A stretch of DNA of 64,000 nt from NCBI RefSeq assembly GCF_009914755.1, contig NC_060944.1. The stretch is one strand, 5' to 3'. This document shows, one piece after another, positions 10,411-24,591 of this stretch. Source of the stretch: the human T2T-CHM13v2.0 reference genome, Homo sapiens. Below the pieces are notes generated by a model. That model saw only the letters and a program-made list of their open reading frames with translations, ran no database searches and had not been told where the DNA came from. Position 1 is the stretch's first letter, and every line of letters begins with the position of its first letter. Both the position numbers and the translations under genes were made by a program.

Positions 10411-10530
10411 ATAGCCCAGTGTTATGGCATGCCTGTACACCTACTCTTGAGGCTGAGGCAGGAGGATCTCTTGAACCCAGGTGTTCCAGACCACACTGTG
10501 CAACACAGTGAGATCCCATCTCAAAAAAAG
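10411..10530 (+). mobile_element. Alu monomer (FLAM-like)
   Basis: gaggctgaggcaggaggatctcttgaacccagg...gagatcccatctcaaaaaaa. Confidence 0.8.
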
Positions 10531-11821
10531 ATGGAGACTTAGTTCCTATAGCTTACAGCTCCAATGACAGGCTGGCAGGGACCCAGAGATAAACAATGGA
10601 CTCAGGACCAAGCCTGGGGCCTCCAGCACCTTCGTAATCTGGAGGAGTCCAGTTGCCCAGGAGGGGGCATGTTTCCTTTCTGCCAGTGGATGAAAGAGAA
10701 AGCCGTGTTCTCCCAGGTTGCGTGTGTAACTTGATCCCATGATTGAATTAGTAGAGTGAGAAATTAGGTGAGTGACAGAAGTTCTCTATAATAAATAAGC
10801 AGTAAAGGGAAACACTAAACAATATTATAACCAATAAATACCTAAGGGCATAAACATCACCTAAAGTGCAAGTGGTTAGATCAAGTTGGCCAAGAGTTGA
10901 GATTCTGCACATCCGGGTTTTGAGCAATTAACATTCAGTGTCTGTGATAGGAGATGGGACTGAGCAGCCACGGGATTTGTTGGCTTCTCAAAGGGGAAGC
11001 CCAGAATCCTCCTTTATGGAGTGCTGCGAGTTCTCTGGGGTCAAGCTTGTCCCTTATGCACACCCTTCCTCCTTCCCCCTCCCTGCTCCCAACTGTGGGG
11101 GACCTGAGATACTCCTGGACCATTGGCCACCATTGGTAAGCATCTGGGCTCTGATGGGGATGAGGCCACATTATTATGAACTCTGGTACTTGCTGTGAAG
11201 CATGCCCAAAGCCCCTACAGGAAAAGGGCGTACAGAGCCCAGGATCTGAGGTCTGAGAGTTTGGCCCTTTATGGAGGGAAAGAGAATCCTTGGGAAGTTT
11301 CCTGCTCAGGGATCAATGTGTAAACAGCACTTAGGATTTTAGATTGCAAGGTTACTATTTATTTTCTCAAGGAGTACATTCTTCCTAGCAGAGCCATGGC
11401 TAGAGAACCACAGCCGAGTGGAGAGGACAGGGAGAGTTCCTTGGGAACTCGGGTTGCTTGCTGATGCACCCAGGGACTTCCCCCAACTCCCTGGTCCCAG
11501 CCTGCAGGGGCCTGGCCCAGGAGAATACAGATGGCTCTGAGGGGAGAGCAATCCCCTTGGCATCTCTGTGTGGTGAGAGTTTCCTTTCTAATCCCCATTC
11601 AGGTCACTGCTGGGACTTCCCTGTCACTGTTTGTCTAACCTTAAATATCAATTCCTTTAGCAGACTGCAGTGGCTGTGGAGAGTGGTTCCTGTTCCTGCC
11701 TGGAATCCTGTTACACTCAATCAGTGGGTGCTGGAGCTGGAGCCAGAGGCCATCAGGACAGCCTGCCTGCTCTTGTGGCCCTGCCTGCCCTCTCCTCCTT
11801 TCACAGAGGAGCTGGATCCAG

Positions 11822-12250
11822 TGAAAAGACTCTCTAACGAAACTTTAAGGCTCCTCTGAGCCTTCTTCACTAGGCCTCAACCTTGGTCTCCAGCTCCTAC
11901 CTGCCAGGTCTGCATTGCTCAGTTTTAGGAAAGAATCCTGCTTCCTTTTAGGGAGAATCCTGCTGTCCTTGGGGTCTGATCACCCTTGACATCTGATCAA
12001 GTTCCTCATCCCTCAGCTTTGATGTCTAAGGCTGTGTCCTGCCTTTAGCAAGAATCCTGTTTGGTCAGTTCAGCCAGAAACCCCTACCTTTGATGTCTCT
12101 GCTTAGTAATTTTTTCTTCACTAACCTCCACACCCTGCTCCTTGGCTATAAATCCCCACTTACTCTTTTTATATTTGGACTTGAGCTCACTCTGTCTTAT
12201 TGTGAGAGTGTTGACCCCATTGCAATTGTCTTGAGTTATCTCAACTAAGG
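11822..12250 (+). mobile_element. MER31-like ERV1 LTR
   Basis: tgaaaagactctc...ggctcctctgagcc...actaggcctcaacc...agaatcctg repeats; paralogue ~54415-54870. Confidence 0.65.
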
Positions 12251-13486
12251 CCAGGCTTCCAGCAGTGAAGCTCCTCATCCCCCTGTCCATGACGTCATCA
12301 CTGGACTTCCTGCAGGCACCACCAGTTCAGCATGTCTATTGCTACAATCATCATTTTGCCCACAGACCTGCCCCTCATGGAGAGCATGAAATGTAGGTTG
12401 GATTCGGAAGGAAAGGGCTGCGCTCCACGAGTTGCATGGCAGTTGTAGACACCAGCAGAAACCATGCAGTCTACGGAGGAGGAGATTTCTCCCTCTCTGG
12501 ACCTCACATGGGATGGACTGTGGGTCTCTGCTGGGAGGGATGTTCAGAGCATCCTGTACATATCAGTTACCTACTGCTGCATCAGAAGCCACCCCGAATC
12601 TTCCTGGCTGAAAGCAACATGATGTGTGGATTCTTATGACTCTGGAGCTGTCCGCGGCTCTTCTACTGGTCTTGTTAGGTTCAGTTGGGGGCTGCATTCA
12701 GGTGGGGTAGGCTGGAAATGTGCTCAGCGGGGATGGTGAGCATCTCTTTCCAGGCAGTCTTTCACTCTCAAGAAGGTGAGAGGATACTTTTACATGAAGT
12801 TGCTGTCCATGATCACATTTCAGGAGCCCACCTCCCAGGAGTGGCCTGGCCCCAGCCATTGCAGCGTATCTATGCCAGTCCACTATAAAGTTGCTATTTT
12901 TCACTTTATCATTAACAAATATTGCATAAAGCAATGCTTTGAAATACGATTATATCCTACTTCTTATCAAATTTTCACTTTCTAGCTTTAGCATACAATG
13001 ATAATTGTTGCTTGAATCAATTGTTATTATGACTGTTGTGAAAAGGTTGTTTCTAATTTCATTATTTGTTCTACATTTATTAATGGCATTCATTCTACTA
13101 TAAGGAAAATCTCTATTTTCTTCTATCTGCTTATCTGTCTACCTACCTACCTATTTGCCATTTATCTTTCCATAGATCTATCTGACTCATGGTTTCTTAT
13201 TTTATTCAATGAGTTACACTCTGTTAGCACTATTTATTCCAATGTGAAAATTATCTCAGAGTTGGCTATTGGGGACCCCTTCAAGCTGCTTCCTGCATTC
13301 TTATGAGATGTTTTCATCATTATTTGAGTCTATTTTTACTTTCTGATGTAACAAGAAGTTGCAGATTTATCTTTCACTTTTCTGAGCCAACCTTAGAATC
13401 AGTGGCTAGAATCTGCGGTGAATTTAGAAAGCAAGGCCCAAGTGCAACCTGTGCTCATTGCTCCTGGATGGCCATGAGTCCTCGGT

Positions 13487-13713
13487 CTGTGCTTCTCAAC
13501 CTGTGGCAGGAGGCACCAAATATGCTTCCCAGAGCACACTTGGTAGTGTCTGGGGACATTTTTGGTTGTCACTACTCGGGAGGAGGTGCTGCTGTCATTT
13601 TGGGGATAGAGGTCTTGGATGCTGATAAACATCAGGCAATTTCACAGCACAGCTCCCAAAGATAGAGTGATTAGGACCAAAATGTCCACAGTGGGGAGGG
13701 TGAGGAGCCTTGT
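13487..13713. mobile_element. MER20 hAT element inside an old L1M remnant (~12880-13910)
   Basis: ttctcaacc...gtgtctggggacatttttggttgtcac...ggatgctgataaacatc...aaaatgtccacagtg. Confidence 0.75.
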
Positions 13714-13934
13714 TCCAGGCCTCCTCAGTGGGACAGAGCTACGAAATCCACACCTGAACATACTCACATGTTGATATTTATTTCTACATTATCTGTCTAT
13801 ACGTTATAAACCATAAGTTAATATTGACCTCATTTCCAACCCTGTGAGATTCATTCTGGTTCTTCCCTTTCCAAAGCTGTGGCTGCTTTCTTTGACAGTT
13901 AAAAACTTGGATCCCATCAATTGCCATCATCATG

Positions 13935-14265
13935 CAGTCAGCCTCTGTATCCTTGAGTTCCACCTTTTTGGATTCAACCAAGTTCAGATAAAAAATATTT
14001 TTTAACAAATGCATCTGCACTGAACATGGACAGACTTTTATCTTGCCATTGTTCCCTAAGCTATACAGCATAACAAGTATGCACATAGCATTTACATTGT
14101 CTGAGGAATTATGAGTAACCTAGAGATGATTTACAGTATACAGGAGGATGTGCATGGGTTATATGCATGTTACACCATTTTATATGAGGGACTTCAGTAT
14201 CCATGGATTTTGGTATAAGAGGGAGGTCCTGGAACCAATCCCTCATGGATACCAATGGATGGCTA
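13935..14265. mobile_element. MER2 (TcMar-Tigger) element
   Basis: cagtcagcctctgtatcc...ggattcaacc...ggaaccaatccctcatggatacc with terminal inverted-repeat similarity. Confidence 0.8.
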
Positions 14266-14778
14266 TATTTACTTAACTTCCTCAATACTAGAATTTACAG
14301 AAAGTGAAACAATATTACAGATGAATGTTTCTTAATTTATTTCCACAGGACACTCTTTCTGAAGGTAGCTGATAGGTGTTAGCCATTCCCCTCAAAAATC
14401 AAAGTGTAGGAATTTCAGAATAATTGATTAAAGTTTGAAGATAAAAAATCAGGTGGCTTACTGCAGGCATTTTATGAGTTTTAATGAATATTATAATGTG
14501 CATTGATAGTTCCAAAAGGAGGCTTTGGTATACAAAATAATTCAATGTTTGTTGAAGGAATTTTTAAAAATGTAGTTAGGAGCGCACATTAACTTTTACA
14601 GCTGCATTTGTGCTGCGTGCAGCAGTTTGCAAAATGCAGTTTTAGATCTGTTTCAGTCTGCATCTAGCTCTTCCAGATTTTGCCATGAACATAGTTTTGT
14701 GCTTTTAAGGAAATTCAATGCAGGAAAATACTTATTCAGCAGGTTTCCTTCATGGTAATCCACCTTTGTACAAGACCA

Positions 14779-14912
14779 TGTGTGTGTGACTGCATGTATG
14801 TGTGTGATTGGGTGTGTGATTCTATGTGTGTGTGTGAGAGACTCTGTGTATGTGTGTTATTCTCTCTGTGTGTGAAACTGTGTGTATTTGTGTGTGACTG
14901 TGTGTATGCATG
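14779..14912. repeat. Degenerate (TG)n tract
   Basis: Read directly. Confidence 0.85.
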
Positions 14913-17061
14913 TACTTGGACAAATGGCCAGGCATCAATCCCTCCTCAGGAGTCTGAAAGCTGTCCAGCTGCCCACTACTGGTCCCATGATGAGCCTGGC
15001 TTATCCCCATTCAGCAGCTCCTGCATCCCCCTAGAGCACCCCATTGCCCTTCTCTAGGGTCTCTGAGTTTGCCCTGCAGTATTTGTTATCATTGTCAGGA
15101 GCTCAGCAACACTGTAGATTCTTCCTAGGGTAGCAATGCACTGGAGATGGTCCCACTTTACCTCCTCTGCTGTCTACCTTTGATCACACCCTACTCCAAG
15201 GCATCCTCTATTCATGAGACTCCCAGGCCAGGAAGGAAAGTAAAAGCTTTTTATCAACCATATCTGTGCCTCTCTATGTGCTTCCTGTGTTCTAGACACG
15301 GGCACACTGTCTACTTGCTCAATGCTGTGGTCCCAGCCCTAGCACAGGGTTCAGTAAGGAATTAGTTGAGTGAATTAATGGATCCTCCAACAATCTTTAT
15401 GAAATGTGTTTCCATATTTTGCAGATGAGGAACCTGCAACAAAAAGTGTCAAGGCAGAGTCTGATGCAAGTGCACAGGACCCCACACTGTGATGTCATCA
15501 TAGCTGAGCCCTGTCTGGGATCTTGGAGCTCTCCAGTGATGTCTTCTCCGTAAGGGAGGACCTTGGATACATGTGTGCGTTCAGTCAAAAGAGAGGTATG
15601 GTGTGCCTGCTGTATGTCAAGAATTATTTTCTCATCAGCAAGAGTACACTTCTCTATTTGCAGATATGTGAAGAACAAAATGACAATGCATACCAGGTCC
15701 TTACTGAACTGCTCGGCACAGAGAAGCCCTGGAGAAAGGGTGACAGTGTTGCTGGTGGAAGCTCTGCTGGCTGGGTTCCAGGACACTGTCTCTGGGACAC
15801 CCTGTGCTTCCTGCCACCCTCCCTAGGGTGATTTCTTATCCTTCCCTAGTTGCATTTTGATATTTGATCCCAAGCTTTTGTCATTTTTCAAAAGATCCAA
15901 AGGTCATCTTAACTCTTGCCATTGAAATGATAGTTATAACAAATAGTTGTAGAGTTAACACAACCTCACAGATGCTGCCGGTAAGATGTTCACATGACAT
16001 TATCTCATTCCCACTGAGAAAGTCTCTGATACGTCCATAAAGGCATTTCATCCAATATGTATATTCAGAGTCTTCTATGGTCCAGGGATTGTTCATAGGC
16101 ACTTTACAGATAATGGGACGAATACAGTATTGCCTCTACCCAGCTTGTAGCCAAATGATATCCTAACCTAGAAAGAGTGACCTGGAAAGACCACTCTGGG
16201 GATGTGACATGGGAGCTGCACTCTGCAGGAGGAGAAGCAGCCAGCTGCAGAAACCCAAGGGTGGGGATTTTCTGGCCAAAAAGCAGCATGAACTTACCCT
16301 GAGGAGAAAATGATCTTAACCTGTGGAAGCTCCTGAATTGATCATCAAGGACCAGCAGGCAGGAGAGATACAGAGACTGGGTCTGGGGATGAGCAGATGT
16401 CAGTTCCTGCCAGGCCATATGCATCATGCTGAATATACTTTATTCCAACTCTAATGAGAAGCCTTTGAAAGGTTTTACCGGGACTATGACATGACACCTT
16501 ATATGTTATTAGAAGGCTGGCATGGCCTCAAGGAAGGAACAGGCTTCTAGTCGGTGAGAATGGGAGGGTGGAGAACAGTCAGGAGGACATTGCAGTCACC
16601 CAGGAAAGGGAGGACAGTGACCTGGGCCCGTGCAGTGGTCGGGAGGTGGAGCACAGGAGACTCAGGATGTCTGTGAGAGGCAGCGAGACAGGACTTGCTG
16701 AGGGCTGGGGTGAGGGCATAGTGGGGAGGAAAGAACAGAACTCCAGCCCTGGTCTGAGCACGTGCCACGAAAATTACTGAACTAGAGGAGACATGAGGAT
16801 GAGCAGATGGTCACCTCTCAGGAAGGAACCGAGAGCTGTCCTCAGGAGATTCTTGGGACATCATACATGCCAGACTGTGGATCTAAAATGTCAACCCCTG
16901 TGCCCAGCCTAGAGGGGCCAGATTTCATTAGAGTGCAGGGGAGGGTCTTCTTCCTTTTGCTGATGGACTTCATTATGAATATGGCACCACAATGGCTTTT
17001 TATTATAAAATGTTTTAAGTACCTATTTGCCAGTCATATTTGGAAAAAGAAAACATTAGCC

Positions 17062-17247
<186 letters not shown>

Positions 17248-18354
17248 GTCTGCCATTCATGGCATTGAATGTATCTGAGAATGATGCCTGAGCTGTGTCA
17301 GAGTTGGCAGGAATGGTGAGCTTTTGGGCCCTGAGAGATGGAGTGTGTCTGAGGGGAACTAAGTGGGAAGAGGCTTGCAGAGTTGGCAACCTCCTCACCC
17401 CATGATAAAGGAGGGGACGATATGCTGAAACATCACTTGTGAAGATGAACACATCACAAAGAGAATGCCCAGATGTGGCAGATAAACCACAAAGCTACAG
17501 GGCAATTCCTGTGCCTGCAGCCACCTGCCCTGTAACTCCTGCTCAGTTCATGAGGTTGCAGAGAACCTCTGGGTTCTGCATGCTCCACTTCACCACAGTG
17601 ACCACCAGAGGGAAGCATTCACCCACGGATGACCAGCCCTTCGGGTGCCTCTACTCGAGCCTCACCCTGGGGAGCAGTCTCTGAAGGTAACCCTGGGGTT
17701 CTCATAGCATCTGCCTTGGAGAAAGGGGTTTTGCAAACTAAGCACTCCCTGAGTGCCGTACGGGTTCTGCAGAGGCCCGTCTGCTTGGTTCTGTCCTCGC
17801 TGCCCTGGGCTACCTGGGCATGTGGGGTTTTATTGAACAGAGCAATGGCCAGTAGATGGCACAGCCTCCTGTTCCTGCAGCTCTCCCCAGGGCCCCTGCT
17901 GGATCTTTCCAGAAAGGAGAGACAGGCCCAGAAGTGACTCTCTCAGAAGACAGGGACATTCTGAAGGCAGGTGACAATGAACGTGTGGACACCCTGTGGA
18001 CAAGTCTGGTTTCTATCTTCTCTTCCACTCTGCCTCCTCACCCCTTTCCTGGTGCTGTCTCTCTTGCTCCCTGCCCCTTTCTCAAACTACCCATCTCCTT
18101 CTTTTTCATGGTCATCTTAGTCAGTTGGAGGCGTGAATACCATGGAAAAACCACGTTTGCTGCTGTGGTTAAGAAGAACACATGATCCATTAATGAAAAA
18201 CAGTTTCCCATCCAAGGCAAGGTGTCTGAGGACAAGTTTCACCTGAGTCCAGATCTGATGAGCCTGCAAACAGAGGAAAACCCTTAATGATACCTGCTCT
18301 GGCCTCGTGCTTATATTCTGCATCAAAGAGCTTTATCTTTTCACATCAAATATC

Positions 18355-19225
18355 ATATCACCACCATCACCACTATATCATCAATATCACCATAATCTTC
18401 ACAACTATTGCCACTTCCATAACCACCATCACTATCACCAGCATCACCTCCACCATCCCCACAATCATCACTACCACCATCACCATTATCTTTACCACTA
18501 TCACCATCGATACCACCCCCATGATCACCATCATCATCATCACCAGCATCATCACCATCACCATCACCACCATGATCACCATCACTATAACCTCAACATC
18601 ATGGTCATCACCATCATCACCACCCTCACCATAATCATCACTACCATCACCATCACTATTATCATCACAGTCACCATTACTGCCACCACCAAGACCATCA
18701 CCATCAAAACCAGTACCACCATAATCCCCACCATCACTACCATCTTTACCACCATCACCATTATCACCGTCATGATCACTATCATCACCACCATCATCAT
18801 CATTATCAATACGACCATCTCTGCCATCATCACCATCACCACCACCACTATTACTACCATCACTATCACCAACTTCACCACTATTACCATCACCACTATT
18901 ATCATTACAAGAGCTACCATCATCACCACCATTATAACCACCACCACCACCACCATCATCACTATTATCACAATCACATCACCATTATCAATACCAACAT
19001 TACTGCTGTCATCAACATCACCATCACCACTACCACCATCACCATCAGTATACTCACCATCATTATACTCATCATGAGCACCGCTATCATCATCAACACC
19101 ATCACCATCATTACCATTACCAGCATTACCACCATACCATCATCATCACCTTCAAAACCGTCATCACCATCACCATTTTCATCTCCAGCATACCATTCTC
19201 ATCTCCATCATCATCTTCAGCATCA
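18355..19225. repeat. ~870-bp degenerate (ACC/ATC/ACT)n trinucleotide tract
   Basis: Read directly; it explains the Thr/Ile/His and Met/Val low-complexity ORFs. Confidence 0.95.
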
Positions 19226-20511
19226 CTGCCAGGTGTCTGTCAGTAGCTGTTCTGCATTGGACATTGTGCCACACCCTTTATAAACCTCATGTGATTACAT
19301 AGTCATGCTAATTCTATATTTTATAGAAAAAAGGTGGTAATTGGCTTTGAAACATGATAGAAGGGTGTGAGAATCTGCTTTCTCTTCTCAGAACTATCTA
19401 CAATCAATGAAAGAGAAGACTCACTTTATTTCTCAGCTCCCACATTGCTGGATCTTCCCTACAGAGGTCTGATGTGGACATCCACTGTGAAGTCTTCACT
19501 GCTTTGCTGGTCTCCACCCTCAGATTTTGTTTCTCTGGTTCTAAAATGTTTAGAAACCCATATCCCCTGCCACATGAAGCATTGGCATCTTGCTGTCTGT
19601 GGCTGCACTCTTGCTTTTGCCCATGACATAGCCCGGCCTCTAGGGTAACTGGACTCTGATGTTCTCCAGACACAGAACTGTCCAGGCTCACATAATTCTT
19701 TCTCAAATGTTTGCACAGGTAAATTTGTGGGGATGCTGGGAATTGGAATGTGGGCTGGTAAGTTCTGAGGCAGTGAGAACCAATCAAGGGATGTGGGCAG
19801 CTTGTCCTTCTCCCCCAGCCCTCTCTGTGGGTTTGGTGTCCTTCTCTGTATTCTCCAATGCCATATTCTCTCATCTGATTTCCACTTGCCTGTCTACCAC
19901 CCAAAATTCTACACCGAACATTCACTGAGGATGGAGGGCTTGGCTCTTTCGCTTTCATTTCTCCAGCACCAGATTTTGTTTCTAGCATAAAATGTATACT
20001 CAACAAAGACAGTGGGAGTGATGAAATTAAGACCATTTTATGAAAAGTCTGAAAAACTTTTATGTCTTTATTTAGAAACATTAATTTATGGAGAAATTCT
20101 CTTGAATAATTAAAAGAAAAATATTTCATAGAAGTTGCCAGGAACAAAAAGAAAATTGCTTTGTGTAATTTGAAAAATCATCCCCAAATATAAAATGCAC
20201 AAAAAGGAAATGAGAGAGACGGAAAATGTAATCATCAGCCTAGAGCCCGGAAAGTAAAATAAGGTAGAAGTGAAAACGTATCACAGGTGCTACAAAGCTC
20301 ATTCTCTTCCACTGAACAAGGAATTGGGTAAGAAATGCAACCAGAAGCCGTGTACTGGCACCCGAGCAGTTCCAAGCGGGTTCAGGGCAAAATGATCCTC
20401 TTGGTACTTTGGTGAACTTGATAAGTGAGTGGATGAGAAGTGTGAGTGATCACCCAGGTACACTGTCCAGGAATACTTGACTGCCCAAAGATGGATAAAA
20501 TGTTTTCAAAC

Positions 20512-21357
20512 TTTTAGGTTTCTCTTCTTCTTCAGGAACACCAATTATTCTTAAGTTTGGTCATCTATCATAATCCCAAATTTGCTGGGGGCTTTGTTTA
20601 TTTTTGCATTATTTTTTCTTCGTCATTGTTGGACTGAGTTAATTTGAAAACTTTGTCTTCAAGCTCAGAAGTTATTTCTTCTACTCGTTTGATTCTATTG
20701 CTGAGACTTTGCAGTGGATTTTGCATTTCTCTAAGTGTGTCCTTGATTTCCAAAAGTTGTGATTGTATTTTATTTATTTATTTATTTTCACTGGAGATTT
20801 TTCTATTCATATGCTGCATCTTTTTTTTTTTTATTTCTTTAAGTTGGACTTCACCTTTCTCTGGTGCCCCCTTGGTTGGTTTAATAATTGACCTTCTGAA
20901 TTCCTTTTCTGGCAATTCAGAGATCTCTTGTTGGTTTGGATGCATGGCTGGTGAGCTGGTGTAATCTTTTAGGGGTGTTAAATAACCTTATTTTGTTATA
21001 TTACCAGAATTGTTTTTCTGTTTCCTTCTCATTTGGCTAAGCTGTGTCAGACAGAAGATCTGGGACTCAATGGCTGCTCTTGAGATTCTTTTGTCCCACA
21101 GGGGTGCTCCCTTGATGTAGTGCTTTCTCTGTTCCCCTAGGGATGGGGCTTCCTGAGAGCTGAACTGCAGTGATTGTTATTTCTCTTCTGGATCTAGCCA
21201 CCCAGCAAAGCTATCAGGCCCGTGGGTGGTACTCGGGAGTGTTCGCAAAGAGTCCTGTGATCTGACTTGTCTTCAGGTCTCTCAGCCATGGATACCAACA
21301 CCTACTCTGGTAGAGGTAGCAGGGGAGTGAAGTGAACTCTGTGAGGGTCCTTGGTTG
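20512..21357 (-). mobile_element. Inverted 5' portion (5'UTR/ORF1 N-terminal part) of an L1PB-type element
   Basis: The reverse strand reads L1 ORF1-like ...PNLRIIGVPEEEEK; it abuts the sense ORF2 piece directly. Confidence 0.75.
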
Positions 21358-24300
21358 TAGAAACAAAAAACAAACCAAACCCAATCCCAGCAGAAGGAAA
21401 GAAATAACCAAAATCAGAGCAGAACTAAATGAAATTGAAACAAAAATTACAAAAGATAATTGAAACAAAAGAAGATGGTTCTTTGAAAAGATAAATCAAA
21501 TTGATAGACCACTAGTAAAATAAACCAAGAAGAGAATAGAGAAGATCCAAATAAGCTCAATTAAAAACAAAACGGGAGATATTACAATCGATACCACAGA
21601 AATACAAAAGATCATTCAAAGCCACTATGAACATGTTTATGCACATAAACTAGAAAACCTAGAGGAGATAGCTAAATTTCTGGAAATATACAGCCCTCTT
21701 GTATTAAACCAGGAAGAAATAGAAACTCTGAACAGACCAAAAACAACAGTGAAATTGAAATGGTAATTAAAAAGTTAACAGCAACAAAAAGTGCAGGACA
21801 AGATGGATTCACAGCTGAATTCTATCCGACATTCAAAGAATTGGTAGCAATCCTATTGACACTATTTGCATGATAGAAAAAGAGGGACTCCTCCCTAATT
21901 AATTCTATGAAGGCAGTATCACCCTAATACCAACACAAGGAAAGGACATAACAAAAAAACTACAGACCAATATCCCTGATGAACATGGATGCAAAAATCC
22001 TAAACAAAATACTAGGTAACAGAATCCAACAGCATATCAAAAAGATAATCCACCATGGTTTTCGAATGGGTTTCATATTAGGGATGCAGGGATGGCTTAA
22101 CATCCACAAGTCAATAAATGTGATACACCATATAAACAAAATTAAAAACAAAAATCACATGACCATTCCAATAGATTCAGAAAATACATCTGACAAAACC
22201 CAGCATCCCTTTATGATTAAAACCCTCAGCAAAATTGGCATAGAAGGGACATACTTTAAGATAATAAAAAGCCATCTATGACAAACCCACAGCTAACATT
22301 ATACTCAATGGAGGAAAGTTAAAAACAGTTCCTGAGAACTGGAGCAAGATAAGGATGCCTACTTTCACCATTTCTATTCCACAGCGTACTGGAAGCCCTA
22401 GCCAAAGCAACCAGACAAGAGAAAGAAATCAAGGGCATCCAAATTGGTAATAAGGAAGTCAAACTGTCACTATTTGCTGATGACATGATCGTATAGCTAG
22501 AAAACGCTGAGGACTCATCCAAAAATCTGCTAGAACTGGTAAGTAAATTTGGCAAAGTTTCAGGATTCAAAATTAATGTACACAAATCAGTAGCTCTGCT
22601 ATATACCAATAGTGGCCAAGCTGAGAATCGAATCAAGAGCTCAACCCCTTTTACAATAGCTCCAAAATGAAAACAAAAACAACCAAACAAACAATAGCAA
22701 CAACAAAAAACTTATGGATCTACTTAGCCAAGGAGGTGAAAGACCTCTACAAGGAAAACTACAAAATGCTGCCAAAAGAAATCATACATGACACAAACAA
22801 ATGTAAACACATCCCATGCTCATGGGTGGGTAGAATCAATATTGTGAAAATGACCATACTGCCAAAAGCAATCTACAAATTCCATGCAATTCCCATCAAA
22901 ATACCACTATTATTCTTCACAAAACTAGAACAAAAATCCTAAAATTCATGTGGAATCAAAAAATAGCCTGCATATCAAAGTAAGACTAAGCAAAAGGAAC
23001 AAATCTGGAGGCATTACATTTCCTGACTTCAAACTATACTATAAGGTCACAGTCACAAAAACAGCATGGTACTGATATAAAAGTAGGCATATAGACCAAT
23101 GGAACAGATTGAAGAATCCAGACATAAAGCCAAAGAATTATAGTCAACTGATCTTAGACAAAGCAAACACAAACATAAAGTGGGGAAAGGACACCCTATT
23201 AAACCTATGGTGCTAAGATAACTGGCAAGTCACATGTAGAAGAATGAAACTGGAGCCTCATCTCTCACCCTATACAAAAATCTACTCAAGATGGATTAAA
23301 GACTTAAATCTAAGACATGAAACCATAAAAATTCTAGAAGATAATATTGGAAAAACCCTTCTGGACATTGGCTTAGGCAAAGACTTCATGACCAAGACCT
23401 CAAAAGGAAATGCAACAAAAACAAAGATAAATAGATGGGATTAAACTAAAAAGCTTCTGCACAGCAAAAGAAATAATCATGAGAGTAAACACACAACTCA
23501 CAGAGTGGGAGAAAATCTTCACAATCTATACACACAACAAAGGACTAATATCCAGAATCTGCAAAGAACTCAAAAAAATCAGCAAGAACAAAACAAACAA
23601 TCCCATTAAAAGTGGGCTATGCACATGAATAGACAATTCTCAAAAGATATAAAAATGGTCAAGAAACATGAAGAAATGATCAACATCACTAATTATCCAG
23701 GAAATGCAAATCAAAACCACAATAAAATATCATCTCACTCCAGCAAGAATGGCCATAATAAAAAAAATAAAAAATAATAAATGTTGGCATGGATGTGGTG
23801 AAAAGGGAACACTTTTACACTGTTGGTGGGAATGTAAACTAGTACAATCACCATGGAAAACAATGTGGAGATTCCTTAAAGAATTAAAAGTAGATCTACC
23901 ATTTTCCACTCCTGGGTATCTACCCAGAGAAAAAGAAGTCATTATATGAAAAAGATGCTTGCACATGCATGTTTACAGCAGCGCAATTCACAATTGCAAA
24001 TATATGAAACCAGCTCAAATGCCCACCAATCAACAAGCAGATACAGAAAATGTGATATATACACAGATACATACCATGTAAAACTACTCAGCCATAAAAT
24101 GGAACAAAATCATGACATTCACAGCAAGCTGGATGGAATTGGAGACCATTATTCTAAGTGAAGTAACTCAGGAATGAAAAACCAAACATATGTTCTCACT
24201 TGTAAGCGGGAGCTAAGCTATGAGGATGGAAAGGCATAAAAATGATACAATGAACTTTGGGAACTTGGGGAAAAGGGTGGGAGGGGGACGAGGGATAAAA

Positions 24301-24445
24301 GACTACACATTGGGAACAGTGTACACCGCTTGGGTGATGGGTGCACTCAAATCTCAGAAATCACCATTAAACAACTTGTTGATGTAACCAAACACCACCT
24401 GTTCGCCAAAAACCTATTGAAATTAAATAATTTTAAAATTAAAAA
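21358..24445 (+). mobile_element. L1PB-type ORF2 3' two-thirds plus 3'UTR and A-rich tail (decayed)
   Basis: ORF fragments [12 protein letters not shown]..., ...LFADDMIV, ...[15 protein letters not shown]; 3' end aatctcagaaatcacc...aaaacctattgaaat is typical of L1PB. Confidence 0.9.
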
Positions 24446-24535
24446 ATTTCAAAATACTTTCCTCAGAAAAGCAGTTGGGCAGAAAATTTCTACTATAGAC
24501 AAGTGACCAAGGGTTCTCTTGTATTTTGTTTCTTT

Positions 24536-24540
<5 letters not shown>

Positions 24541-24588
<48 letters not shown>
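24541..24588. repeat. (GT)24 microsatellite inside the L1 poly(A) tail
   Basis: Read directly. Confidence 0.98.

Positions 24589-24591
<3 letters not shown>

Larger units (their letters stand above)
1..16900. repeat. Tandem segmental duplication, copy A (CST5 unit); paralogous to ~41665-58380
   Basis: Colinear same-strand similarity throughout, e.g. 14-40 ccaatgagactgcaggggtggtgagct vs ~41679-41705; 3385-3495 vs 45831-45941; 16860-16895 vs ~58340-58378. The left edge runs off the window. Confidence 0.95.

Noticed and set aside
18287-19283. Thr/Ile/His-rich and Met/Val-rich ORFs as real genes
   Set aside because: By-products of a triplet repeat that is stop-poor in several frames on both strands.
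19404-20147. 247-aa minus-strand ORF
   Set aside because: No recognisable domain, no real ATG at the listed start, and it spans decayed repeat-like sequence.
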